The notes: generated from the letters alone by a model not told the origin. A stretch of 64,000 nucleotides of DNA from Octopus vulgaris (GCA_951406725.2 OX597835.1:23870001-23934000); one strand, 5' to 3'; shown: positions 24,173 to 38,399, numbered from the stretch's first letter. Program-made: numbers and translations.

Positions 24173-26920
24173 TATATAGATATATATATCATCATCCTTT
24201 AATATCTGCTTTCCATGCTGGTATGGGTTGAATGGTTTGACTGAAAACTGGTAAGCCAGGGAGCTGCACCAGATTCCAATCTGATTCGGCAAGGTTTCTA
24301 CAGCTGGATGCCCTTTCTAATGTCAACCACTCCGAGAGTGTGGGTGGGTGGTTTTTACATACCACTGGCATGGGTGCCACTGACCTGACACCAACATCAG
24401 CCACGACTATGGTTTCACTTGGCTTGAGAGGACTACACAAGGACGGTGTATTCTTTTCTACTGTAGGCACAAGGCCTGAAATTTTTGGAGAGGTGGAGCT
24501 GTTAATTAGATCAACCCCAGTATGCAACTGGTACTTAATTTATCAACCCTGAAAGGATGAAAGGCAAAGTCGACCTCAGTGGAATTTGAACTCAGAACGT
24601 AAAGACAGACGAAATACTGCTAAGCACTTTGCCTGACATGCTAACAATTCTGCCAGTTCACTGCCTTACAAGGATGGTGCATTGCCAAAGGTGTTGGTCA
24701 CTTTTCACTGCCTCAATGAGGCCCAACACTCGAATGGTGCTTTTTTTCTTGGATATATTTGATTTTTTAGTTGGTATAAAAGTTCACAAAGCACTGAACA
24801 GAATATGTTGTCTTTGAAGACAACATCCCTGAAAGCTTTAGTCCTTGTTATGTACCCTTGTTAGCTCTTCTGTCTTGTGAGTTGTTATCTTCTATTTTTC
24901 ACTTTATGTCAAGAAGTATACAATCTTAACTATGGAAAGAAATTGAAGAGAAAATCTATCTGTATTATTATTATTATTATTCTGTTATTGTATGACAAAA
25001 TGTTAGGGGTGGAGGAGAAATACTGTGAGTGGAAAAAAGAAAAAGGAGAGAACCAGAAATGAAAGAGAGAAAAGTGGGAAAGAGAGCAAAGGAGAGAGAC
25101 ACACACATAGAAATGAGAGAGAGATGTAGAAAGAGTGAGAGAAACGTTGAAGAATTGAAAGAGATGTAGAAAGATTGAGAGACATGTAGAAAGAGAAATA
25201 TGTGTAAAGAGAGAGAGAGAGAGATGTACAAAGGGAGGGAGAGGTGTAGAAAGAGAAGGAAGGCATCAAGAGAGAGGGAGAGGGACGTAGAAAGAGAGGG
25301 AGAGATGAATAAAGGGAGAGAGAGACATAGAGAGAGAAGGCGAGACATATAAAGAGAGATATAGTAAGAGATAAAAAGATATTGAAGAATGAATTGATTT
25401 TTTTACATCAACTTTGAGCAAAAGTAATTATTGATCAGTAATTATTTTAATCATTTTCACAGCTGGATGAATGCCCCCACATCTCACTAATTAAGCAATC
25501 ATCTAGGAGGGACTAAAGGAATTTAGTTTTATAGTTGGATACCAGCCTCTCCTTACTATTAACTATTTGACTGTGAAGTTATTGATTAACCCCAGGTTAG
25601 GCTTGATCCAGTAGATATGACTAAAGGTGTTCCAGGCATGACCATCCTGCCTTTATTTTAGGAATAGTGTACGTTGGATTTATATCATCCAATATGTCCT
25701 TCTTTAAAATGGTAAAGATTTATGATTTGACTGCTATCTCTAATATGTTGTGCAACCTCAGAGAGGTACCCAACAGAAAAGAGGGATTGAACTTGGTTTT
25801 TGTGCAGGCCAAACTGGAGCAGTAAAGCAAGTGGACATGACTCTATAACACTAGTAAAATTGTGATGTCAAGACGAGGAGACAAACACACACACATACAT
25901 ACATACATACATATATACATACAGATATATACACACATAAACATACATGTGCACATTTGCACATATAAATGTACACACATATATACATAAATACACACAC
26001 ACATATACATACATAAGCAGATATAGACACACTCATATATACATGCATACACATACAAGGATGTGTACATATATACATACTGATATATGCAGATATTTGC
26101 ATGCCTACAAGCACACACAAATATGAACATGATATACACATGCATCAGCACAAACACACACACACATGCAATATATCATCATCATCACCATTTAACATCC
26201 GCTAGTCATAAACGACAAAGAAATAGTTTTATGAGATTTTATTTAATAATAAGAAATTTCTAATATCACAACAGATTGTTTCGTAACTTAAAAACATGTA
26301 AGTAATTTATATTATTATATTTACTTGTTTCAGTCATTTGACTGTGGCCATGCTGGAGCACCGCCTTTAATCGAGCAACTCGACCCCGGGACTTATTCTT
26401 TTGTAAGCCCAGTACTTATTCTATCGGTCTCTTTTGCCGAACCGCTAAGTAACGGGGACATAAATACACCAGAATTGGTTGTCAAGCAATGCTAGGGGGA
26501 CAAACACACACACGCATATATATATATATACGCACATATATACGACGTGCTTCTTTCAGTTTCCGTCTACCAAATCCACTCACAAGGTTTTGGTCGACAC
26601 GAGGCTATAGTAGAAGACACTTGCCCAAGGTGCCACACAGTGGGACTGAACCCGGAACCATGTGGTTGGCAAACAAGCTACTTACCACACAGCCACTCCT
26701 GCGCCTATTAACAAATAAATTACTTACATACCTGCATTAATGCAAATTGCAAAAAAATTCCTATCTAATTTATACACATGCATACATATCTTCACAGGTA
26801 CATATAATAGTTGTATACCTGTGAACATATTGACACACACACACACACACACACACATACAGACAGAATCATAGAGACATAGTCACACACAGAACTAGGA
26901 AATAATAATTAGTCACTGAC

Positions 26921-26999
26921 CTTAGCTTTTGCTTCTCTAGATGCTTCAGCCTCTGCAGCCATTGCTCTTTGTAACTGGACTGGTAATCTGACATCTTTT
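26921..26999 (-). CDS. STOM: Stomatin exon 7 (coiled-coil)
   Basis: ctccacag|(I)KDVRLPVQLQRAMAAEAEASREAKAK|gtcagt; 79 nt. Confidence 0.97.
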
Positions 27000-27017
27000 C
27001 TGTGGAGAGAGACGATG

Positions 27018-27065
<48 letters not shown>

Positions 27066-27285
27066 TATATACATATTTACTCTTTTACTTGTTTCAGTCA
27101 TGTGACTGTGGCCATGCTGGAGCACTGCCTTCAGTCAAGCAAATCAACCCCAGGAGTTATCCTTTGTAAGCCTAGTACTTATTCTATCCGTCTCTTTTGC
27201 CGAACCACTAAGTTACGGGGACGTAAGCACACCAGCATTGGTTGTCAAGCGATGTTGGGGGACAAACACAGACACACAAACATAT

Positions 27286-27332
<47 letters not shown>

Positions 27333-27489
27333 TACGATGGGCCCCTTTCAGTTTCCATCTACCAAATCCACTCACAAGGCTTTGGTTGGCCCGAGACTAT
27401 AGACACTTGCCCAAAGTGCCACGCAGTGGGACTGAACCCGGGACCATGTGGTTTGTAAGCAAGCTACTTGCCACACAGCCACTCCTATG

Positions 27490-27541
<52 letters not shown>

Positions 27542-28374
27542 CTATGAGGATATTTAAACCTCTTATATGGATAGCTTCATCCAAGATACCCTGGTTTAAT
27601 AATTATATTTTGAAGAGATATTTCTTCAATAAATATATTATAAAACATCGAATATTATAAATAAGTTTGAAAATGGGGAGAATCAATGGATATAAATTAA
27701 TTTATTAATTAATAAACATTGCTTACAATCGTTTCACTTCACACCCAATTTAAATTACACACACATGCTTGTCCAATCTATCACGTGATTACCAGGATAT
27801 ATTTCCCTGGCATCCATACATCATATTTGGCACATGTTCCCAATTTTTTCCAACCACCAGAGTAATTTGGGATTTAGGAAAGCTTTATATTACTCAGAAT
27901 GTATGAAACAAGGGCTAACTAGTCTGAAACAAGCATGGACATTTAGAACAGATTTATGGAAACGTTTGGGCTAAGGGTTAAGGACATCCTAATCCTACCA
28001 GTGTTTTTGCTGTTTCAAAACACATCTTTACCATCTGTTGTCTAAAGTTCTATGATTTCGGCATGTTTAACAATAGAATGACTGGCTTCAGTGTGCCAAT
28101 AGATTTAAAGAAAACTTCCTTTAGGTAATGGCATAGCAAAGACAGGACAATAACAAATGGTTGGGACCATGAGATGTGTTTATGGTATCAGGAGAAGACA
28201 ACAAGTATACAAAAATACATGGAAAAAAATTATATATAACAGATATCTGAGTTTATCAATTTAACATAGAAGATAATTAGCTTTCTTGGCTTAGATTAAG
28301 AATAATATATTTACACACATGTGTCCTAAACACACACACACACATTATGTGAAGGAAATTCATTATATTATCAG

Positions 28375-28820
28375 ACTGATAACACTGTGGAACAAAATGT
28401 TTTTTCCTTTTGTTCTTTGTCTTTGGCCAGTAAGGGTTGTCTCCTGTTTGTTTCTATCTAGAAATCAAAGGAAGTGACTACTATTCCCTTCAGACTTTGC
28501 TTTTGTGACCTGGACATCAATGTTTTGAAGCCGACTTAGTTTCCATTACATTTCAGAAAGATTCAGCACTGAGTTACCGAAGCAGAAATATCAGCAAATA
28601 TTCTGCTGAATACCACAGATTTGCTTGTCAGTTGCTTAAGCTTAACCTGAACATGAGTGAGTGTAGTCAGGGAACATCATAGCCATGTGTTGAGAGGGTT
28701 TGTATAAATATCATAACAAAAGCAAAGTTTGAAAGAAGTATTAGTCATTTTTCATGCTTTCTAAGGAGAAGCAAATAGGAAGCCCAAGGACAAAAATTGT
28801 GTTACACAGTGTCATCAGAC
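28375..28820. mobile_element. Fold-back MITE-like element with long imperfect inverted arms
   Basis: 28375-28510 aligns with the reverse complement of 28713-28820. Confidence 0.6.
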
Positions 28821-28863
28821 GGACACATAATTAACACGAGAGAGGCAATCGATAAACACTTAC

Positions 28864-28919
28864 ATAGCAACTCTCTCCACGTGGATTCCCCAGTTCTCTG
28901 TTGCATCATCTAGAGCTGA
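28864..28919 (-). CDS. STOM: Stomatin exon 6
   Basis: ctctttcag|SALDDATENWGIHVERVA(I)|gtaagt; 56 nt. Too short to appear in the ORF track. Confidence 0.95.
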
Positions 28920-29427
28920 CTGAAAGAGAGAAAAACAAAAACAATAGTTAATATAGTTATCCTTAGAGGACGGAAAGCTGGCAGAAACTTTAGTACGCTG
29001 GGCGAAATGCTTAGTGGTATTTCATCTGCCATCACGTTCTGAGTTCAAATTCCGCCAAGGTCAACTTTGCCTTTCATCCTTTTGGGGTTGATAAATTAAA
29101 ATACCAGCTGCATACTGGGGTTGATCTAATTGACTGGTCCCCCTCCCCCAACATTTCGGGCCTTGTGCCCAGAGTAGAAAAGAATATCTTTACCATTCAT
29201 TCTTTACTTGTTTCAGTCATTTGACTATGGCCATGCTGGAGCACCTTCTTGAAGTTTTTTTTTCTTTTTTTTTAGCTGAACAAATCAATCCTAGGACTTA
29301 TTATTTTTTTAAAGCCTAATACTTATTCTATTGGTCTTTTTTGCTGAACTGCTAAGTTACAGGGATGTAAACACACCAACACTGGTTGTCAAGCAGTAGA
29401 GGGGTGACAAACAGACACAAAGACACA

Positions 29428-29458
<31 letters not shown>

Positions 29459-30319
29459 ATTTATCTATAGTAGAAAACATTTTCCCAAAGTGCCACTCAG
29501 TGGGACTGAACCCAGAACCATGTGGTTGGGAAGCATGCTACTTACCACACAGCCACGCCTGTATATAAAACATTCGCATATACATAAAACATGTATTATA
29601 CACACACACGCATATACATGCAGTTATTGTGCTGAAGAAAATAGCACAAATGGAATGTATTCATATGCTTATTTCACTCAATGTGAGGTTTTATCAGATT
29701 TAAAATTTTCATGCTTGCACAGCATTGTGCATAAAATAGATATTGTTTGTCTCGTTAATAACAAGCTGTCAAAAAATCGTTTCAATAATGACAAGCTGTC
29801 AAAAGCACAGATATGTAAATTTGACAAGATATGCAGTGCTGTCAAATGCATAGACATGGCAAAATTTATGCTTGGTAAACATCATCATTGGTGTCCACAC
29901 AAAGACATGGACAAGCACACAAGTACATACACACACACACATGCTGAGGTGTGTGGCGTACTGGTTAGGATGTTGTTCTGAAGATAATCCTTTCTACTGT
30001 AGGCACAAGGCCTGAAAATTTGAGGGAGGGGATAGTCGATTACATCGACCCCAGTGTGTAACTGGTACTTATTTTATTGACCCTGAAAAGATGAAAGGCA
30101 AAGTCGATCTTGGCAGAATTTGAACTCAGAACCAAATTTAAGAGCTAAGAAATTAATCACACCAAATATAATAAAAAGGTTTGGTGAAAGGGATTTTAAA
30201 AAGGGTAGGATGTTTGTTGATAGATTTTTTTAAAGAACCAGTCATATCTGGCCCAAGTATTCTGTTTTATGTCCAAATTGGCCAGATCCAGCCTCTAAAT
30301 TGTCATTTTAAAAATAATC

Positions 30320-30868
30320 ATCATCATCGTTTAATATCCGTTTTCCATGCTGGCATGAGTTGGATGGTTTGACAGGAGCTGGCCAGATTCCAGTTGTCTG
30401 TTGTGGCATGGTTTCTACTGCTGGATGCCCTTCCTAATGTCAACCACTTTACTGGGTGCTTTTTATGTGCCACCGGCATGAGTACCTTTATGTGGCACCA
30501 GCACCTGTAAAGGACAAGGCAGTATGAAGGGACGACAGTGATTTTACTTAGCTTGACTTTTCTTGTCAAGTACAGAAAGTCGCCACAACTCCTGGTCACC
30601 TTGTCATTTCATCATTGAGGCCCAGTATCTGAAGATTCTTTCTCATCCTTTCATCCCACAAGTTCCCTCCACAATTAGAGCTCGGTATGTCTGATGCCCC
30701 TTATCCCTAGTTTTCCTCTTAAATCATTTACACCCTGTCTTGCATCCAGCAGAACATGCCAGCTTCATTCCTTTCAAGTCTTTGCAAGTTCTCTGTAGTC
30801 AAGGCCCATGTTTCACTGCCATGTAGCATAGCTGTACATACACAGGCATCATACAATCTGCCTTCCAT
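30320..30868 (-). mobile_element. 5'-truncated RTE LINE with 3' UTR and (GAT)n tail
   Basis: On -: GRLYDACVCTAMLHGSETWALTTENLQRLERNEAGMFCWM, followed by the same tail as the RTE-tailed SINE family. Confidence 0.8.
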
Positions 30869-30869
30869 T

Positions 30870-31171
30870 AAATTCTCAGAGTTATGAGATAATGCCTGAT
30901 TAATTTAAAACAATGTGAATAAATAAACATTACATTTGACAGAATATTATGAATTGTAAAAGGTTAAAGTAACCATATGTAGCCCACACATTCTACCCAT
31001 TTTATGTTCAAACTGACCAGATCTGGCCCTTTACACCTACCCTACAATACAATTTTAAAAATAAGCAACCACATCATTGAAGTCTCAAAGCTATGAGACA
31101 ATCCATGATTAACTCAAAACAATGTGAATAAGGATTACATTTGACAGAATAATCTGAATGCCAAAGGGTTA
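30870..31171. mobile_element. piggyBac-like MITE copies (TTAA-ccctttagcattc ends)
   Basis: Ends ...gaatgccaaagggTTAA. Related copies at ~3150-3345, 12303-12480, 52074-52294, and in tandem at 52864-53415. Confidence 0.6.
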
Positions 31172-31455
31172 AAGATGAGAAACTGTTCAGGGAGATTTTA
31201 AGGTAATGGAGGTACTACTCCTTGTTTCAGTCATTTGACCGTGGTCATGCTGGAGCACCAAAACTTTTGAAGAGGGTAAGGAGATTGCTGAGAGAGATAG
31301 AAAGGATAGGGTAATTGCTTAGTGAGATTTCAAAGACAGTAGGGTGTTTATAAAGAGTTATTTTTCAAAATAGAAAGTTTGTTAAAGGACATTTCTTGAA
31401 ATTCTACCTCACATAAAAAGAATGCTCCAAAAAAACCAAACAAAACATAACTGAC

Positions 31456-31659
31456 CTGCATTCCTTGACTTACTGCCTCTCTGTCTGTTAGGATTTCTGA
31501 TAGATTTTTAGTGCCCAGCATATTTCGCAGGGTTGTCTGGGCGAGAAGTCGGGTAGAGTGGTGAGCATTCTCGACATTAGCGACAGATATAGTGGGATTT
31601 GAGACCCGATAGTAGACAACTGCATCGACGGACACTGTCACACTATCACGACTCAACAC
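31456..31659 (-). CDS. STOM: Stomatin exon 5 (SPFH core)
   Basis: ttgtag|VLSRDSVTVSVDAVVYYRVSNPTISVANVENAHHSTRLLAQTTLRNMLGTKNLSEILTDREAVSQGMQ|gtcagt; 204 nt. Confidence 0.97.
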
Positions 31660-31821
31660 CTACAACATATAAAATACACATTGTAATACATACTTATATG
31701 TATTATTACATACATGTTACACATTATATATATATATTGATTAGTTAAAGGAAATTGAATATAAATGCACACACAACACAGACACACACACATGAAGGTG
31801 TGGTACTTTATACAAACTCAC

Positions 31822-31904
31822 CTCTTGGGGTGGCACATCAAATGACAACGTACGCAGGTCAACTTTGGTGTAACTCTCAACACAAGGTAACACAAAGAAG
31901 ATTC
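31822..31904 (-). CDS. STOM: Stomatin exon 4
   Basis: ttctag|(G)IFFVLPCVESYTKVDLRTLSFDVPPQE|gtgagt; 83 nt. Confidence 0.97.
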
Positions 31905-32273
31905 CTAGAAGGAAACAAAAATGGGAAGATATGAAAGCAGAGAGAGAGAGGAGAAAAGACAATATATACATCGTTTAATCAACATCATCATGAATAACAT
32001 TTAATGTCTGTTTTCCATGTGGGTATGGGTTGGACAGCTTGGCAGGGTCAGGGACCACACCAGGCTCCATAATCTGTTTTGGCTTGGTTTCTACAGCTGG
32101 ATGCCCTTCCTAATGACAAAAGAGTACAACTGGGATCACAACCACCCCCTGCTGGAGCCTCAGGTGGTTTCGCTCAATAAACACTCACAACGCCCGGTCT
32201 GGGAATTGAAACCGTGATCCTACGACTGCGAGTCCACTGCCCTAACTACTGGGTCATTGCGCCTCCACATATA

Positions 32274-32320
<47 letters not shown>

Positions 32321-32575
32321 TGTATATATGTTTGTGCATCTGTGTGTGTCCTGCCACCATCACTTGACAACCAATATTGGGGTGTCTACATCCTTGTAAC
32401 TTAGCAGTTCAGCAAAAGACACCGATAGAATAAGTACTAGGCTTACAAAGAATAAGTTCTGGAGTTGATTTGTTCAACTAAAAGTGGTGCTCCAACTTGG
32501 CTGCAGTCAAATGACTAAAAAGAATCAAAGAATATATGTATGTATATACATCAAAGATAAGATAAGACAATGTAC

Positions 32576-32648
32576 CTGGTCCTTTGGCACCACCAGACAA
32601 CAGCCTTCCAAGACGAAATATCACTGCACGTTCATATTCTTGGACAAC
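32576..32648 (-). CDS. STOM: Stomatin exon 3
   Basis: aaaatgcag|[25 protein letters not shown]|gtacat; 73 nt; hallmark stomatin motif. Confidence 0.97.
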
Positions 32649-32904
32649 CTGCATTTTGGAAAATAAATTTGTATTTTATGAGATTTTAAAAAACTCTTTA
32701 TCAATTGGTTTTTATGGTTTATAAAGTATATGTGTGTATGTGTAGATTTATATGGCATGGGTGTAAGGTGGGGAGTGAGGAATACTCGGCCACCTTCACA
32801 CTTATACAATTAGTGGGGAGTTCAGGTGGTTCAACAACTAGAATAATAAAATAATAAAAAACACAATTTCAGGCCTTGTGCCTATAATAGAAAGAAAGAA
32901 CCAT

Positions 32905-33217
32905 TTGTTACAATGATGAAGGTTCCTGTTGATCTGATCAACAGAACAGCCTGCTCATGAAATTAACATGCAAGTGGCTGAGTACTCCACAGATATGTGT
33001 AACCTTAATGTAGTTCTCAGGGAGATTCAGCATGACACAGAGTGTGACAAGGCTGGCCCTTTGAAATATAGGTACAACTCATTCTTGCCAGCTGAGTGGA
33101 GTGGACTGATGTGAAATGAAGTGTCTTGCTCAAGGACACAACATGTCACCAAGAATCGAACTCAAAACCTCACAATTGTGAGCTGAATACCCTAACCACT
33201 AAGCCACGTGTCTTCAC
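32905..33217 (-). mobile_element. tRNA-derived SINE with CORE/V-like central block
   Basis: On -: tggcttagtggttagggtattc...gtgtccttgagcaagacacttc. Other copies at 51519-51820(+), 20505-20795(-) and 3357-3580(+). Confidence 0.75.
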
Positions 33218-33281
33218 ACAACTAGAATACTCCTTGTTGAGAAAATAAAGAGAAGATTCATTTGATTTGATTTAATATGTA

Positions 33282-33333
<52 letters not shown>

Positions 33334-33522
33334 TGATGTATGGTGGTTATTGTATTAGGCATGCTGTCACACCCAATGCCACCAAATTTCAAGCAAGGAT
33401 ATAACAAAAGCTTTCCATTAAGATTTGTGATTAAATTAATGAGTGAGGTTAATGAATTTATAATGAATTTGTCATTTTCAATGGGTGTGCAGTACACACC
33501 CAAGATATACACCTCTGATACA

Positions 33523-33594
<72 letters not shown>

Positions 33595-33774
33595 CAACAC
33601 CCGTATGTGAGAGAGATGTGATTCTGAATATGTGTAAGTACAAGGAATGTGTATTATAAGGGAGAGGGTGAGGAGGGAGAGAAAGAGAGAAACAGAGAGA
33701 GAGAAAAAGAGTGAATAAATACGTAATCAGAGAAAAGCAGATGTAGACAAACAGAAAGCAAAAAACAAGACAGA

Positions 33775-34255
<481 letters not shown>

Positions 34256-34632
34256 AGGGGAGAGAGAGAGTCAGAGACAAAGAGAGAAAGCAAGGAAAGT
34301 AAGAGATAGAAAGTGCTTCTACACAGTTGATAAATCAATGTTTTATAAATATATTTATATGGTAAATATCTCCCATAACAATAATGATGATGATAATAAC
34401 GATAATGGTTTCTTAATAGTCCAGTGAGAGTTGGTTTCATCAGTTAATCAAAGCAACCAGAGATTTAACAAGAGCTAATGACACAAATGTAATAAACCAT
34501 GCCAGGCAGATAATTACGATGTGTAATTATGAATGAAAGATGACATACAGAATCAATGACATTAGCTAATGTCATCTACGCCTCTGGTGAAACCTTGGAG
34601 CCATGCGATTGAGTGACTTTAGAGAACAGATT

Positions 34633-34667
<35 letters not shown>

Positions 34668-34699
34668 TAATAATAATAATCTATTATTAATTATTAAGG

Positions 34700-36800
34700 T
34701 TATAAGGCAATGAGCTGGCAGAATTGTTAGCATGCTCAGAGAATTGCTTAGCGGTATTTTGTCTGTCGCTACGTTCTGAGTTCAAATTCTGCCAAGGTCA
34801 ACTTTGCCTTTCATCCTTTCGGGGTCGATAAATAAAGTACCAGTCTCCAACTAATGGCAGTATTTCGTCTGTCTTTATGTTCTGAGTTCAGATTCCGCTG
34901 AGATCGACTTTGCCTTTCATCCTTTCGGAGTCGATTAAATAAGTACCAGTTACGCACTGGGGTCGATATAATCGGCTTAATCCGTTTGTCTGTCCTTGTT
35001 TGTCCCCTCTGTGTGTTAAGCCCCTTGTGGGCAGTAAAGAAATAGGTATTTTGTCTGTCTGTCTGTCTGTACGTTCTGAGTTCAAATTCTATTGAGGTTG
35101 ACTTCGCCTTTCATCCCTTCCTGGATCAATAAAAATAAGTACCAGTTGAACATTGGGGTCGATGTATTGGACTTAGCCCCTCCCTTGGGACTGCTGGCCT
35201 TGTACTAAAATTTGGAATCACAAATTATTAAGGTGGTAAACTGGCAGAATCGTTAGCAGGTTGGACAAAATGCCTAGTGGTATATTTTCTGGTTTAACAT
35301 TCTAAGTTCAAACTCTGCTGAGGTTGACTCTAGTTTTCATCCTTTCAGGGTAAACAAAGTACCAGTTGAAAACTGAGGGTCAATGTAATTGACTGAACCT
35401 CTTCCCTCAAATTTCAAACTTTGTGCTTATAATAGAAATTCATTGTCGAAGTAATGATTTCAAATTTTGACACAAGGCCAGCAATTTGTGGAGAGGGGGT
35501 AAGTTGATTCATTGAACCCCAGTACTTAACCGGTTCTTCAATATCTTTTATTTTCAGTCGTTGGATTGTGGCCATGCTGGGGCATCGCCTTGGAGGGTTT
35601 AGTTCAGGCCTGGCCAACTCGAATTACATTGCAGGCCACTTTAATCACAGATAGATTTTTGAGGGCTGCTTGTATAATGATAGAATGGAAAGCATTTTGC
35701 TCTCTCATGCTATTATTATACAATAATGAATGAATGATTGCTGATTCAACATGAAATATTATCATTGCAATAACAGCAGCATCTTTCATCATCATCATCA
35801 TCATTTAATCTTTTTTTTTTTTACTTTTGTTTAAATAAACAAATTTCATGAAAGTATCAAGTGGGCTGCAAGATAAAAATCTGTGGGTCGCATGGGGCCC
35901 ATGAGTCTCAGGTTGGTCAGCCCTGGTTTAGTCAAACAAATGGTTTGGTACTTATTCTATCAGTGCTGTTCTGAGAACTGCTAAGTTAGAATTGTCAAGC
36001 AGTGGTGAAAGACACACACACACACAACAGGCTTCTTTCAGTTTCCCTCAACCAAATCCACTCACAAGGCTTTGGTTGGCTCAGAGCTACAGTAACAGAC
36101 ACTTGCCCAAGGTATCGCACAGTGGGGCTGAACCTGAAACCATGTGATTGGGAAGAAAGTTTTTTCACACTTAAGCCTAGCAATAAACAATTCTTACAGA
36201 ATCTAGCATAAGACCAGCATTTTGAGTGGGGTGAACCTCAAAGGGATGAAAGGCAAAGTTGATCTCTGTGGTATTTGAACTCAGAGCGCAAAGAGCAGGA
36301 ACAAATACCACTAGGCATTTCCTCTCATGTTCTAACAATTCTACCATCTTGCTGCTGTAGTAGTAGTAGTAATAATAATCTTTTCTATTATAAGCACAAA
36401 GCCTGAAATTTGGGGGGAGGGAGCAGTCAGTTACATCGATCCCCAATACTTGACTGGTACTTATTTTCTTGACTCCAGAAGGATCAAGGGCAAAATCAAC
36501 CATTGCATAAAAATAATAATAATAATAATTCTTTCTACAGTAGGCACAAGGCCTGAAATTTTAGGGGAGGGGACCAGTTAATTACATTGACTCCAGTGCG
36601 TAACTGGTACTTAATTTATTGACCCTGAAAGGATGAAAGGCAAAGTTGACCCTAGTGGCATTTGAACTCAGAACATGAAGACGGGCGAAAGATGAAACAT
36701 TACTAAGCATTTTGCCCAGTGTGCTAATGATTCTGCCAGCTTGCTGCCTTAATAACAATAACAATAATAAAAAAAAATTTGGCTGCAAGGGCAGCAGTTT
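34700..36800. mobile_element. SINE cluster: + copies at 34700-35430, - copies at 35455-35540 and 36200-36800
   Basis: Same family as 17330-20200, present in both orientations. Confidence 0.8.
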
Positions 36801-37354
36801 TGGAAGAGGGAACTAGTGGTTTACATTCTGTGTTTCCCTCAAGATGTTGGTTAATTGCATCTTGGAAGGCTTAGGATGCGAAAAGGGAAAAATTAGTAAG
36901 TTTTACATATGTCAGGAACAAAGGCCCAGTAACATGGCTGGATCTGTATAGACTCTCGTTTCTTGGCCCTGTTCACCTCAGATGATGAACTTTTGTGCCT
37001 GAAATTTATAAACGTTACTAAACGTTCCCTTTTTGCATTCTATGATGTTCTCTGTTTTCGTTATTTTGGTAAACTGAAATTTTATTTGTGTCAGCCACCA
37101 GGATTCCGTAGTACAATGGAAACTTTGGCATTTCACAAAATAAATGGGAAAGGAATTTTTCTTTTACTTGTTTCCAGTCATAGAGACTGTGGCCATGCTG
37201 GGGCACTGCTTTGAAGAACTTATAGTTAAATATATCAACCTCAGTACTTAATTTTTTAAAGCCTAGTACAGGGATGTAAACACACCAACACCAGTTGTCA
37301 ATTGGTGGTGGTGGAGATAAATACAGACAGAAAAACACACACACACACACACAA

Positions 37355-37560
37355 AGTATGGGGTTTTAGTTCACAGGTTATCTAAACGATTAGGTACACT
37401 AGGTAAGTGCTGTAACGGATTACATTAATCTACACCCTTCTCATTTTCTCTGTCTCTGATGATGGAATATCCCAGAAACAGCTGTAAGACTGAATTATTT
37501 CCATTAACAATAGTGTATATGACTTGAGATGTTTGCGTTACGTTAATGTTTGTTGTCCTC
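37355..37560 (+). mobile_element. Penelope-like element fragment (pLTR) containing the hammerhead
   Basis: Lies between CA and TA microsatellites and contains the HHR. Its first ~65 nt recur at 53775-53842. Confidence 0.5.
37452..37490 (+). ncRNA. Minimal type I hammerhead ribozyme (Penelope-like element associated)
   Basis: gtct-CTGATGA-tgg(aatatc)cca-GAAA-cagctg-TA-agac: intact core, stems I and II, and a palindromic short stem III. Confidence 0.75.
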
Positions 37561-37919
37561 TTTAACAATTATATATATAGGCGCAGGAGTGGCTGTGTGG
37601 TAAGTAGCTTGCTAACCAACCACATGGTTCCGGGTTCAGTCCCACTGTGAGTGGATTTGGTAGACGGAAACTGAAAGAAGCCTGTCGTATATATGTATAT
37701 ATATATATGTATGTGTGTGTGTGTGTGTGTGTTTGTCCCTCTAGCATTGCTTGACAACCGATGCTGGTGTGTTTACGTCCCCGTCACTTAGCGGTTCGGC
37801 AAAAGAGACCGATAGAATAAGTACTGGGCTTACAAAGAATAAGTCCCGGGGTCGATTTGCTCGACTAAAGGCGGTGCTCCAGCATGGCCGCAGTCAAATG
37901 ACTGAAACAAGTAAAAGAG

Positions 37920-37951
<32 letters not shown>

Positions 37952-38399
37952 TACACACATACATATGAGTTTCTTTCAGTTTCCATCTACCAAATCTATG
38001 TACAAGGTTTTGGTTTACTTAAAGTTAGAGTAGACGGCACTTGTCCAAGGTGCCATGCCATAGGACTGAACCCCAAACCATGTAGTTGAGAAGCAAACTT
38101 CTTACCACACAGCCATGCCAGTGTAATTTAAAAGCAACTTGATAGTCTTATTTTTTTTTTTTGTGTTTTTTTAGTTGGCTAAAATGACTTTACCGTGGTG
38201 TAATTGTTTATATCTAGACACACAATCGCTCACGACAGGAATAGAATCCTGAAATATAGCAGAAATATTTCCAGTCACAGTTGAAAAATTTTTCCACATG
38301 GGAAGAGGAGGCAGAAGAAGAAGAGTGGAAGAAGAAGAGAAAGGAGGAGAAGAAGAGGAAGAAGCCGCTGCTATCACACAGCTTAAAATTCTGACTCAC

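Noticed and set aside
26489-27547. Recurring ORFs containing 'RRHLPKVPRSGTEPGTMWL' that look like a gene family
   Set aside because: They are antisense translations of a non-coding tRNA-derived SINE.
29433-29981. 182-aa ORF antisense within stomatin intron 5
   Set aside because: It starts in a TG repeat and SINE and has no recognisable domain.
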